64,000 nt of DNA, taken from the human T2T-CHM13v2.0 reference genome, Homo sapiens. The notes below the pieces were generated by a model. The model worked only from the letters and a program-made list of their open reading frames with translations, ran no database searches and was not told the DNA's origin. Below are positions 26,044 through 39,012 of this stretch, one piece after another (the stretch's first letter is position 1; the number at the start of each line of letters is the position of its first letter). The stretch lies in the NCBI RefSeq assembly GCF_009914755.1, contig NC_060929.1; one strand, written 5' to 3'. The position numbers and the translations under genes were made by a program.

Positions 26044-26108
26044 ATTATTATTATTTTCATCAACACTGCTTTATTATTATCTTCATCAACACTGCTTTAT
26101 TATTATTA
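26044..26108. repeat. 26-bp tandem repeat, about 2.4 copies
   Basis: ttcatcaacactgctttattatta at 26056 and 26082. Confidence 0.9.
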
Positions 26109-27799
26109 CCTCTTTTTCCCCAGGTAGTCCGCTGGGTCTTTGCACAATGATGATTTTCTGTAGAATTTCTAAAACATCATTTGCTTTACTCAGTTGGTTG
26201 TAGTCAGTTGTTCTTAGCAATAATAATGACATGTTGAGAATCATCTGATGGGCTTTGAACACCCTGAGCAGAGGCTAGCCAAGAGCAGCTGGCTGGTTAA
26301 TTGTGGCCTCCAGTCATTACCAGGAGAGTAGTGCCAATGAGGGAAGAAAAGTGCTGTAACTGCTGCAAAACGTATTTAAATCACATTTTTTGGTACAAAT
26401 TCATAGTTTAAAAAATTAAGTAGCAATAAAATCCTTAATATGCCGACCATTTTCATGGGCTTGAAACAATAGACACAAAGACCTGGCCTGAAAAATCACA
26501 TCCTCACCAAAAGCCTGTGAGGTTATTTGATGGTATGTGTGGCTCCTGCCTTCCAGAATTCTCTGTGGGTGATGGATGGGGATGGCCATGGCACTGCTGG
26601 CTGCATGAGCACCTGAGAAATGGCCGCTTGAAAAAGATCATTTTAAAACAGAGCCATTTGTGAATGACTGGAGTTTATGTTGGTTGCCCCTTTTTTATAT
26701 GACTCAGAATATATTAATTATGTTCCTGTGCCTGGGGCCTTTCATGTCGAGTTTAAGTCGACAGTGGATCACAAGTGCCAAGTTATAAAATCCTGAAATA
26801 AGGGTTTCTCTTGGAAACCTTGGAACTATATGCTAGCAATTAGAAAGACTGACTAATGCTCTGGATGACCTCATCATCTCTTTTTTCCTTCAAGTTCCAC
26901 AGCTTTATGGTCATGTTGCAATTAGTGATGTAGTGACAGAATGTGAATAGAATGTTGTCACTATGATGGCTGTTTCTACTGTCATTCTGACAATATTGTT
27001 GTTACTTCGTAGAACATTAAGGCCCTCAAGTTTCCTAGGTTTAGGACTGAACAACTCCGGGAATCTGAAAGATGATGCAAATAAAGAGGAAGACGGACAT
27101 AATCTCGAAGGGAGAGAAAGGAGCTGGGAATGGGGGATCATATTCTAATAGCTCATCATCACCACATGAAACATACAATGCAGAGGTAAGTTCATGGCTC
27201 TGTAAGGTTAAACAATTCTCAGGAGGCTCACGTATTAGGAAGGATGTTGGAAAGTGTATGGCCAGTGACATTTCATTTTTGTCAGTTTTAGTGCTTGATA
27301 TTTTAAAGAATTACCTTAATTAGATGTAGTTAATTCATACTTAAGTTGACTTCGTTACAAAAATTCTTTTCTGTGGTTCTCTGGCTTTCATTATTATTAG
27401 AACAAAGAATCAAATATTTTAAATAACTTCTGAGTTCTTGTCCATTAGCAGGTAGGGTTCTTGAATTTTGAAAATGAGATGTGAAGAGTGACAGTCTATA
27501 TATCTCTAAAACATCCCCAAATGAATTGAAGTTTGTTTTCAACTCTGAGCTCCACTTGGCTACAAGATGATAGTTGTTGTTACTGCTATGGTCATATTTG
27601 CTGCCATTTTTACTGTACTCCTTTCTGAAACGTCAAGGCCCTAGAGTGCTGGCATGTTGGTGTATATGACAGAGCAGAGTCAGGAATCTGAGGACACCAA
27701 AGGAAAAATGGAAAAACTCCCACAAGGAAGAGAGAGATTATGCTTAAAATATGTATCTTTATGAAAACATGCCGAACTCTCCCTATCCATTACAACCAG

Positions 27800-28000
27800 A
27801 TCCATTGCTTTAAAATGGTACCTTTATGAAGTCATCCCCTTATTCAAAAACTATGAAGGCTTCCCCATGCCTATAGCATAAAGACTGAATACTGCATTTG
27901 GGCCTTCAAGACTTGCCGCAGCTGGCCTTCCTCTACAACTCAAAACGCACCTGCCCCATTTTCACTACACGTAAGGTTCTTTATCTCTACGTTATGGCTT
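27800..28000 (+). mobile_element. L2 fragment
   Basis: gtcatccccttattcaaaaac...ggcttccccatgcctatagcataaag...ggccttcaag. Confidence 0.6.
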
Positions 28001-29132
28001 TCCTTCCTGATGACGTGGTAAGCACTTTGTTGTCAGAGATCTGCTTTATTTACTTTTATATCAATTAAAGCATCAATGTCTGCCTTTTTTGCCCCTTTCT
28101 GGAGAAATCATCTATGCCCCACTCCCTCCTTTGGGCCAAGGTTAACACAACCTCTTCCCTTCCTTAATCTTGACAAGGCAGCAGCTACAGCCCTAGTTGA
28201 GTCAGAGCTGCAAGTTAAACTGTTTGTCCTAGATCAGGCAGGTTGTATGCCAGAGATGAGTCCAAACCATGCTGTGCATTCAAGCCACAGACCTTTCCTC
28301 TTCCAGAGCATTGATCTGTGTTTTGCACGTAGGCTCCCATCTTGGTTTCTTTCCTTATCACCCCAGTGAATCATCTGGTGGCCCAGAATCACCATGCTCT
28401 TCACCTGCATTAAACTACCGCTTGCCTGATTGCACTCACACAGCTGCCACACCCTCCCCACCATTTAACCTCGTAAACTTGTTTTGGCCTTATAAGCATC
28501 AAGACCTGCCTAACTCTGCCCCAGCTGGAAACCATGCCTTGCATTGCTCAACTTCCTTTGTCGAGCATTCTGATCCTAGATAAGTATCTTTGCAAGCTGC
28601 CTAACTATTCCTGGATTCTAGAGTTTTGTTTCCCAAGCATATTCACATACTTTCCAACTGCATAGCGTTTAGCAGAAGGCAAAACTGTTGTTTCCCTAAG
28701 AAAATTTTAAATTCCTATTTCCCTGGAGACATAATAGGTAACATGCCCTGAAAATGTCCTGTGTGTCTATGACTTAGTGCACTGAATTCAAAAGAGTTCC
28801 TGAAGGGTGAAATCATTAGCATATTTTATAATATTCAAAGATCATTGACAATAAGGGAATTGTATATAACCTGCTAAATGTGTTGTTAATAGTGTTAGAA
28901 ATTTTAAGTGGAAAAACAGGTATTGATAACATTTAGGATGAGTCAATACAGAAACTCTAAGTATTCTGAAATTCAGAAAATTTCACCTGGATTTGGTGTC
29001 TACTTAAATGATATACATGTCTCAAATAAGAATATTATTTCTGCTTCATGTTTTTGAGAGGAATAACTAATTGCATTATGTACCTGAGATTATTTTTATT
29101 TATTTACATCATTTGTTTTTATAATTACAGTA

Positions 29133-29428
<296 letters not shown>

Positions 29429-29712
29429 ATAATTACAATTAAAAGGTGTCTTTTGGAGGATATAAGAAGAAAAACTATTAGTCAAAAAAGCAAAACATTT
29501 GCTATAATCATATATCCCCCAATCATAATGATTATCATTCTCCTCTCTTTCGCTCTCCCTTTCACGTCACCATACATATCATTTCTTACCAAAATTAAAT
29601 CCTTCTTTACATACATTTTGTACCTAGCTTTTATAATTGGCAAAAGTCTATGAACATATTTTCATACTAACATATATTCATATTATCTCCTGTAATGACC
29701 CTATGCGGTTCC

Positions 29713-30264
29713 TTTCATGTGCGTCCATGTGAAGAGACCACCAAACAGGCTTTGTGTGAGCAATAAAGCTTTTAATCACCTGGGTGCAGGCGGGCTGAGT
29801 CCAAAAAGAGAGTCAACGAAGGGAGATAAGGGTGGGGCTGTTTTACAGGATTTGGGTAGATAAAGGAAAATTACAGTCAAAGGGGATTTGTTCGCTGGCG
29901 GGCAAGAGTGGGGGTCGCAAGGTGCTCAGTGGGGGAGATTTTTGAGCCACGATGAGCCAGGAAAAGGACTTTCACAAGGTAATGTCATCACTTAAGGCAA
30001 GGACCGGCCATTTTCACTTCTTTTGTGGTGGAATGTCATCAGTTAAGGCAGGAACAGGCCGTTTTCATTTCTTTTGTGGTGGAATGTCATCAGTTAAGGC
30101 AAGGACCGGCCATTTTCAGTTCTTTTGTGGTGGAATGTCATCAGTTAAGGCGGGGCAGGGCATTTTCACTTCTTTTGTGATTCTTAGTTACTTCAGGCCA
30201 TCTGGGCGTATACGTGCAAGTCACCGGGGATGCGATGGCTTGGCTTGGGCTCAGAGGCCTGACA
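29713..30264 (-). mobile_element. HERV-H solo LTR, LTR7 (type I), with four 51-bp U3 repeats
   Basis: Reverse complement starts TGTCAGGCCTCTGAGCCCAAGCC and ends CATGAAA; perfect 5-bp TSD GTTCC at 29708-29712 and 30265-30269. Confidence 0.95.
29981..30180. repeat. 51-bp tandem repeat x4 within the LTR7 U3
   Basis: Units beginning aatgtcatca at 29981, 30032, 30083 and 30134. Confidence 0.95.
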
Positions 30265-30644
30265 GTTCCTTGTATTGATTCCCTGTAGTACCACTAGTCT
30301 CTTATGAATGGATATCACAGGGACTCATCTTTTTGCTATTTTTAAAATGTTGCGAAAATATCCTTTGGTCTACATCTTTGAGATCTAGTTTTTTTTTTTT
30401 TCCTGTAAATATGCAGAAGTAGATGACTGGTGCAAAGAATAGGTAGTTTTCAGCTTTCAGATATTTACTGCCAAATTGCTCTCAAGAAAATTTGCTTCAT
30501 GTTATCTTCCCTATGGCAGGGGATGGATGGGACGGCTCTTTTCTGGAGACCCCACTGTAGTTCTATTGATTAACAGGGCTCTTGTAAATTTCTGTCAAGC
30601 TGACAGGCAAAAAATATTGTGTATTGTTTTATTTTGTTTATCTA

Positions 30645-31002
30645 ATGTATTCGTTAATTTAACAGTTATTTGTTGAGTACCTATTATGTACCAGGAACTC
30701 TTCAAGGGGTGAAGGGAAAGTATAAAACAAGACAGAAGATTTCCTTTCTTCCATGAGGATATAATTCTAGTGGGAGAACCAATAAGCAAACCAGCAGAAG
30801 AATCTTAGACTGGGAGACGTGCTAAGCTGAGAACTGGGGCAGCCGGTGCCTGGGGAGCTACACTGGAACTGTGATTGTGAAACCAATTCAAAGAGGTAGC
30901 ATTTACAGTGAGACCTGAATGACAAGAAGGAGCCAGATGTGCAGTGATTCTCCAGGAAGGAGTTCCAGGTATCGAGAACAGCTGGCATAAATGTTTGAAG
31001 GT
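30645..31002 (-). mobile_element. L2 LINE 3' portion
   Basis: atttgttgagtacctattatgtaccagg...tgagacctgaatgacaagaaggagcca...gttccagg. Confidence 0.8.
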
Positions 31003-31004
31003 GG

Positions 31005-31915
31005 GTATAGCAGCACTATTCACAATAGCCAGAAGGTGGAAACAACCCTAACGTCCATCAGCAGTTGAATGGATAAACAAAATGTGGTATATCCATGCTA
31101 TGGAATATTATTCAGCCTTAAAAACAAATGAAGGACTGATACATGATAATGTCAGGCCTCCGAGCCCAAGCCAAGCCATCTCATCCCCTGTGACTTGCAC
31201 GTATACATCCAGATGGCCTGAAGTAACTGAAGATCCACAAAAGAAGTAAAAATAGCCTGAACTGATGACATTCCACCATTGTGATTTGTTCCTGCCCCAC
31301 CCTAACTGATCAATGTAGTTTGTAATCTTCCCACCCTTAAGAAGGTTCTTTGTAATTCTCCCCACCCTTGAGAATGTACTTTGTGAGATCCACCCCTGCC
31401 CACAAAACATTGCTCTTAACTTCACCGCCCATCCCAAAACCTGTAAGAACTAATGATAATCCATCTCCCTTCGCTGACTCTTTTCGGACTCAGCCCACCT
31501 GCACCCAGGTGAAATAAACAGCCATGCTGCTCACACAAAACCTGTTTGGTGGTCTCTTCACACGGACACACATGAAACTATGACTTGGATGAACCTTGAA
31601 AACATTAGGTTAAGTGAAAGAAGCCAGTCACAAAAGAAGCCAGTCACATACATATTGTGTGATTCCTTTTATATGAACTATCTGGAATAGATTAGTCCAT
31701 AGAGACAGAAAGGAGATTAATCATTGCCAGGGGCTGGGGTGGTGGTGGAGAATGACTGCGTAATTTGTATCGAGTTTTCTACAGGTGTGATGAAAATGTT
31801 TTCGAAACAGGTAAGGGTGATTGTTGAGGACATTGCGAATGTACTAAATGCCACTGAATTGTATACTTTAAAATCGTTCGTTGTTATGCGAGTATTAGCT
31901 CAATTTTTAAAAATG
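31005..31915 (+). mobile_element. L1MB-type 3' UTR split by a HERV-H LTR
   Basis: atagcagcactattcacaatagcc...gaatggataaacaaaatgtggtatatcc [LTR] ggatgaaccttgaaaacatt...gccactgaattgtatac. Confidence 0.9.
31150..31577 (+). mobile_element. HERV-H solo LTR, LTR7B/LTR7Y type (type II U3 repeats)
   Basis: tgtcaggcctccgagcccaagcc...ttgtaat(c/t)(t/c)(t/c)cccacccttaag/gag repeats...aataaa...catgaaa; no internal HERV-H sequence follows. Confidence 0.93.
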
Positions 31916-31999
31916 TGCTAAGGTGAGTATAAACTTGCTTGGTGAGAACAGAAGGGCTGGAGTTAGGTACATGTGAGAATGAAAGGAAGGTAGATGTGA

Positions 32000-32722
32000 G
32001 TTTTCTCTCCCAGGAGCAGAAATCTTTTGCATCTACCCCTTTCCTAGTAACAGTGGCTCTTTCCCTAGATCCTGTGGGAAAGATGGCTTCCCACCTCCTC
32101 CCCGGCGATAGACTTGTCTTAACCTGCATCCCTCCCGGTAAGCAATGAGTGTATGCCTGGACCCTGGGGCAGGAGAGTTTGCTGCCCTCTGCTGGCAGAT
32201 ACGGCATCTGCTTCATAGGAGAGAAGGGTCTGGGGAAATAGGAAGTGTGTTTTCTCTCCCCAGCAGCTGTTGATCACTTCCTGCAGGCTGCATCATCCGG
32301 CTAACTTTGCGGAGTAGAGGTGGGAGATTTCTCTTCTGCCTCCTTTGTTCTGCCTGCAGGCTTTCTTGTGGGAAAGCAAGGTAGCCAGGGAGCCCACACT
32401 TCTATGAGTCTGGAGTTCCCGGCTATTCTATACTGACAGTCTAGTCCATGCTTGGCCTTAATGAATTTCTTAAAATTTTAGTTGATTTCTCCTTACTTGC
32501 TTGTATGCTGCCTACTTCTTTTTCTCGTGCTCTGTCGAAGATGAAATAGTTATATGCCTTGTCTGTGCTTGGGAGGGTTTACGTCTCCTTGGAATTTAGT
32601 TCACTTAGTGCCTAGATTGCTCAGCTCCAGAGAAGGTATGATTTTGTAGGTCATCTGTTTTTTTCTTATCGTTAAGTTTGGAGTGATATTAACTTATGGC
32701 TTTCTACAGTCGAAGTGGAAGT
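32000..32722 (-). mobile_element. Old L1M 5'-region fragment
   Basis: tatgattttgtaggtcatctg...ttggagtgat...ctttctacag...ggaagt is typical of antisense old L1M 5' ends. Confidence 0.5.
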
Positions 32723-32723
32723 A

Positions 32724-32758
<35 letters not shown>
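32724..32758. repeat. (TG)n(TA)n microsatellite
   Basis: Directly visible. Confidence 0.95.
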
Positions 32759-33220
32759 GTTTGATCTATGTATAGATTTTCCACTCCAATCCATAGATCC
32801 AATCCACTGTTTTTCCACAGTGCCACTAAGTTTTAATTACTATAGTTTTATAATATACTTTAACCAATAGGATAATTTCTCTCTCATTATTCATCTTTAA
32901 TGAAAAAAAGATCTGGGTTATTCTTGTTTTTTTTTTTTCTTCTAAGTGATCAGCAGGATTATCTTTCAAGTTCTCCAGGAGATCTCATTGAAATTTTTAT
33001 TGGGATTATGTTAAATATTAGAGTAGTTCTTTGTCAGCATTTTCAAATTCTTGAAGGACTATTTAGAATTCTAATTCTTCTTGGGTTAAATATGATAATT
33101 TATACTTTCTAAAATATACATTATCAAGGTTTTCACATATAGTAAAATATATTCACATTTTATAAAATATTTTCTATAGGATTTTAAAATCTATAGTTCT
33201 CTAGTTATATTTGTTTAAAA

Positions 33221-33443
33221 TTTTTTTGATTTTTAGTTTATTTGCATATATCGTAGAGGTATATATTTATGGGGCACATGAGATATTTTGGTACAGACAG
33301 GCACAGTGTAATAATACCATCATGAAAAATGAGGTATCCATCCCCTAAGCCTTTATCCTTTGTATTTCAAACAATCCAATTATACTCTTTTAGTTATTTT
33401 GAAATGTACAGTTGAATTATTATTGACTATAATCCTGTTGCAC
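33221..33443 (-). mobile_element. L1MA-type 3' end, 5' truncated, within an older L1M
   Basis: gtatatatttatggggcacatgagatatttt...acaatccaattatactcttttagttatttt. Confidence 0.85.
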
Positions 33444-33662
33444 AATCTGATTATATTTCATTTCTGATTTTTTATTCTACCTGATAAATCTTTCCAGAGT
33501 TTATCTTTTTCAGTATGCATTTTGCAAACATCCAGCTCTGAGGTTTATTCTACTGTTGCTTTCCTGAACCTCAACTTTCTCAGCTGCTAAGTTGAAGATA
33601 ATAGTATTGACTTCACAGGATTGTCTTAAGGTTTTGATGAGACAATAAAAGTAAACATTTTG

Positions 33663-34029
<367 letters not shown>

Positions 34030-34170
34030 TCACATGGTTAAGATTCAAAAAATAATCCAATGATCATCACTGGATTCTGTTTTTAAACATATTCATTCTC
34101 CTCTTCCTCTTCTTTAGGTTAATTTTACAACTTTTATTCAAAAGCCTTGAATTTCATACTAATTTAAAGC

Positions 34171-34173
34171 TAT

Positions 34174-34204
<31 letters not shown>

Positions 34205-34210
34205 TTTTTT
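34171..34210. repeat. (TATT)n microsatellite
   Basis: Directly visible. Confidence 0.95.
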
Positions 34211-34272
34211 CTCAGTGTAGGCTTACCCATATCCTATAAATTTAGCTTTGAGGGATAACATTAAAGTTTCTA

Positions 34273-34582
<310 letters not shown>

Positions 34583-34906
34583 TAAAGTTTCTGAATTGAT
34601 TGTAATTAAAGCATTGATTTTCTTCTTGGGTCAACAATCATTTAAAATAATAGTTTTGAGAGATTTCTGTTTTGTTTTGTCCTAATTTTCAAATTCATTT
34701 ACTATTTTTATTAAGAAATATGATCTATTTTTACTACTGAGCATTTATTGAGGTATTTTGTAATACCTCAAGATCAATGGAAAGAATCTTTATTCTCTGT
34801 TTGAATAGTACAAAGCATCATATATACTGACAGTAACGAATGAGAAATTATAAAATTTAACTTTCTTATGCTCTAAAGCTAAGGAAAAGACTTTTAAATG
34901 CTGATA

Positions 34907-34970
34907 GCTGAACGAGCAATTAAGTTTGGCTGAAGTGAGGCTGAACGAGCAATTAAGTTTGGCTGAGGTG
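34907..34970. repeat. 33-bp tandem duplication
   Basis: gctgaacgagcaattaagtttggctga(a/g)gtg at 34907 and 34940. Confidence 0.95.
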
Positions 34971-36694
34971 GAAAACTATTTTAAAAATAAAGGCTTCATA
35001 GATGAGATTTGGGTATGAAGAAAGCTTAAACTTGTAAACAAAATAGGAAAAGATGAAAAAGGGCAAAAACAATATTAACATGTTTTTGTTTTGTTTTTTC
35101 CCCAAAGGATATAATGAGCTTTTCTCTACATAAATGAATCTTTTTGTCAGCTTAGGAAAAATTTCTTCTATTATATATGTCAGTATTGTTTTTTGTTCCA
35201 CTTGTTCCATTATGTTCTTTGAGAACCCAAATTGTTTATGTTTAATTTTGTTTCTCTTTTCTATCTATAAACTTCGTCATTGTTTTCTTCTGAATTTTGG
35301 GAAACCTCCTTGAGATTTTCCTCTCTATCGCTCATTAGATTTTTCACATAGTCTTTCCCTTTGTTGACTCCAAAATGAATTTTATTGTTTTTATTTTAAG
35401 CCATTAATTCCCTAGTAAGTTATGCTCTTTTTTTTTTATCTATTGTATCTCTTACAAGTTCCTCCTCAGCTTTATTATTATGATTATTTTTGCATTATGC
35501 TGAGCATGCAATTTCCTGGAACTTTCTTCTCCATACTAGAGATCATTTTTCAAAGGCATCTTTTTCCTCTGAATTTTCAGAATGTTATTTTTGCTCTCTT
35601 GGTCTCTACTATTTTTGAGTGGGCCCAGTACTTTATTTTGTACCTTTTTATCTACACTTAAATAAAATATAGATTTGAGTATAGGTTACTCCAGTCCTGT
35701 TTATGACGTTCTCCTAAATCTATCCTATTGGACCTAAATCTGGTCCAATCTCTACACCCTCTTGGGGAACCTGTATACCACAAAAGGTATAACCTCTACA
35801 GCTGCTACTACCCACCCCACAATTGAGTATATACAGTAGTAACTCTTTTCACTAGTCTCAACACAACCAATCTGTACCTTAATTTCTTCTCTAAAACATA
35901 CACAGTATTTCTCATGCTACTCTGAATGTTCATGGATAACAGGCCACTCCCTAGTATGTCTGTATAATTCTGATTATACTTACCAGTAATCACTTTGCTT
36001 GTTTCCCAAATTTGTTAATTCCAGTTGGCTGTTTTAAGAATTATATGATTTAATTGCATATTATGTAAATGGATGAATACATTTAGAATTAAGGAAATAT
36101 CATCTGTGAAATACATATTTGGAAAAGTAATTTGCTAATAAATAATGCTGTCAAAATAGATGTCAGCAAGAAAATGGTGAAAGATTTAAATATGTAAAAA
36201 TCTGTAAAGATTTTATACTTACATTGTTCCACAGAATATTGAGTTTTCAATTTTTTTAAAGAACTAAAATTTGGGATTATAGATAATGCATTACTCCAAG
36301 AAGACGGTAGGAAACTAATCAGTGGACTCATTATCAAACAAAAGGCTTTAACGAAATATTTGTGAATTACTTTGTTTTACATATTTAAGTTGAAATACTT
36401 AGAATATATGTTTCACTTTTCTGGTTTCCTGCTTTAACCAAGGAACAGACCAGAGTTTAGCAAATGCATGAGTTCTGCAAATAATAGTTGTTTCTTGTCT
36501 AGAATCTTTTGCTTCTTTTCTTTGTGTAGCACTTTACTTGTGGGGGTACACTTTTAAGATTGCAAATCACCGTCACCAATATGCCACTCTATTCTCTAAC
36601 CTTTGTTTTCTGGGAGCAACTAAATTTTAATAAATATCATTTGACATGTAAAAAAAGTTTAAATTCAAAATAATAAATACATATGCATGTGTAT

Positions 36695-36744
36695 GCACAC
36701 TCACACACACATTCACACACACATACACACACACACACACACAT
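36695..36744. repeat. Imperfect (CA)n microsatellite
   Basis: Directly visible. Confidence 0.9.
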
Positions 36745-38480
36745 GCATGAAGAGTTCTTGTAAACATTATTTTACCCAGCTCTATTTTTGTAAGGAAAAA
36801 TGAAAGATATGACCCAGATTTCCTTGGGGAGAAAAGTTTTGGAATTAAACTACACAGGATATGCAAAATAAATGAACTCAAACAAACTGCAATGCAGTGG
36901 GAGTTCTTCTTTCATGCTGTAAACTCATTTGTCAAAATAATAGTTGCTATATCTACATGGATGACCTATATGGCCTCTCATTAACTTGGTTTGATTAGAC
37001 AGCTAAACTATTTAGTAGAGTCTGAAGAAGATTCTCAATATAATTGGGAGCCCAAAGTGGATAAACCAACACTAAACAGTAAGAATCTAAATTCATTATT
37101 CAAGTAATTTTTGATGCACAAAACCACAGAAGAAATCAGGATTATCTCTGAGCATCTTTGTGCTGTGATAACAACCACTTATCTGTGTACGCAGATAAAT
37201 CGCTAGAACATCGGATAGTGCAACGTATTTAATAATAATGTGGAAGAAGTTGCTCATAAGAGCTGATTATATCTGTTGATTTTCCTAGTTATTTGTGGAA
37301 CACACTTAATAAGTGTTTATTGTTAAAGAACAATAGGAATAAAATCAATCATATATGTATGCTTTCAAATACTTATCTGTTCTAATTATTGGAGCCAATT
37401 TGAATTGCATCTTCTCTTTGGCAAATGACAGTTGAATTCATTGTAGAGGATACTCACATCTTTGACTCGTTAAAAATGATGACAATGGGCTGTTTTCAGT
37501 TTGTCTCTGTTGGTTGCCATAGTTTCCTAGGATACAATGACTCCCAGTTTCCATGGGCACACCACTGGCTAGGGCTGAAATGTTCTCTGTCATGGTGCAA
37601 GGGCAAATCTGGGAGCATCCTCTGTTTAAAACTGCATTTTTGAAAATTTCAAGATGGAGGCATTAATGAAAATAAAATAACAGCAAGGACTCCTTTTGTA
37701 CAAACAAGGTACAATAATAAAGAAATGGTGATGGTAGGCAAATAGCCATAACAATGAAATTCATCAAGAAGGCAGATGGAAAGGGAAAGGGATAAAGAAG
37801 GAAGGGGGACACAGAGAAGGAGAGTCCGGAGCTTAGGGAAGAAACCACAGATGCTGTTTCAATTATTTGTATCACATGAGTGAAACAGAAATTTTCAAAA
37901 ATGGCCTAGTTAGGGGCCATTTATTTAACAATAAAAGTACTTACTTTATTCTTTCATTTTATATTGACTCTAGCTTTTGGCACCTTTTTACCTCTTCGTT
38001 TGTGTGTGGCTCAATTAAAAGTAAACCAGCTCTTAGCTGAAGAACTCCTAATCCTGAAAGCTGTTTCCTTCAGTGTTAAATCAAGCCCCTGGTCTTTTCT
38101 ACAAATTCTCATGCTCACATTTTTTGTTTTATGTATGGATTTCCTTTGCCTCTTCTTGCCCACTGTTCTCCAAGTTTTGTATGCCTTTCCTTTTTTTGTT
38201 TGTTTTCTGTGCTCTACAACCTACTTTCTCATAATCTTCATCTCAGCTGTTTTTTTTTTTTTTAAACATTACTGCTTTGTCAATGTGTTAGGTTCCCAGT
38301 GTATAGTTTTATGCTTTTTTGGGTCCTCTTTGCTGCCTGATAATAAGCTGCTGAGATAATTTACTAAGCTGTTTTTGCTTTTTTGGGAGGCTATTTAATG
38401 TGTATATTGCTTGCTGCCACTGAAGTTCATTAAGAAATACCTAGTTTATTCATTATTTGCATTCATTTATATCGCTTCAT

Positions 38481-39012
38481 TGTAGGGGAGGAGATATATC
38501 TTTTCTGAACCCATCCAGATTTATGAATGGGTCCCTACAACAAAAGACAAATTAACAAAAGGGAAGCATGACATTTATTTATAATATAAGTTTTACATGA
38601 CATAGGAGCCTTCATAAGGAAATGAAGACCAGAAGAAATGGAAGAACCCGTGTATTTTTTATACTAGCTTTGAGGAATAAGTGGATGAAATAGAGAAGAT
38701 AATTGGATTTAAAAGTATGATTTAATGGTAATAAATCAGGACGAATTTAGTAAGAACTGTTTGTTCAGATTCTTCTTTGTGACCCTGTTATCTTCAGAGA
38801 TAAGGATGTTACTTTCCTCTGCGTATAGGGAAGGCACCTCTCAAGTGAGGGTCTTATGGCCTGCCTCAGTGTATGGTCAGAGAATATTTTCTAGGATTTA
38901 TGACCTGCATCAGGAGAGAAGGATGAGGGAAGGTGAAAGTGACATTCCTGCTTCTGTTTTCTCAAATGCCAAGGTGCCACATTTTGGGGGTAGTGTGTGC
39001 TGAATTGCATCA
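38481..39012 (-). mobile_element. MER34-family ERV1 solo LTR
   Basis: tgtagggg...caacaaaagacaaattaacaa...tgtttgttcagattcttct...aatgccaaggtgccacattttggggg...ca. Confidence 0.8.

Noticed and set aside
29952-30278. 108-aa ORF with repeated HFFCGGMSSVKA motifs, suggesting a repeat protein
   Set aside because: It is the antisense reading of the 51-bp (17-codon) LTR7 U3 repeat; there is no evidence it is a gene
29713-31577. Two LTRs as the ends of one deleted HERV-H provirus
   Set aside because: Opposite orientations, different U3 types, the first LTR has its own TSD, and the spacer is L1/L2 rather than gag/pol
31617-31650. 16-bp tandem duplication aagaagccagtcaca
   Set aside because: Ordinary slippage inside an L1MB remnant, with no wider significance seen
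37964-38359. 131-aa hydrophobic ORF resembling a membrane protein
   Set aside because: The F/L/C bias follows from T-rich low-complexity DNA; non-ATG start and no family motif
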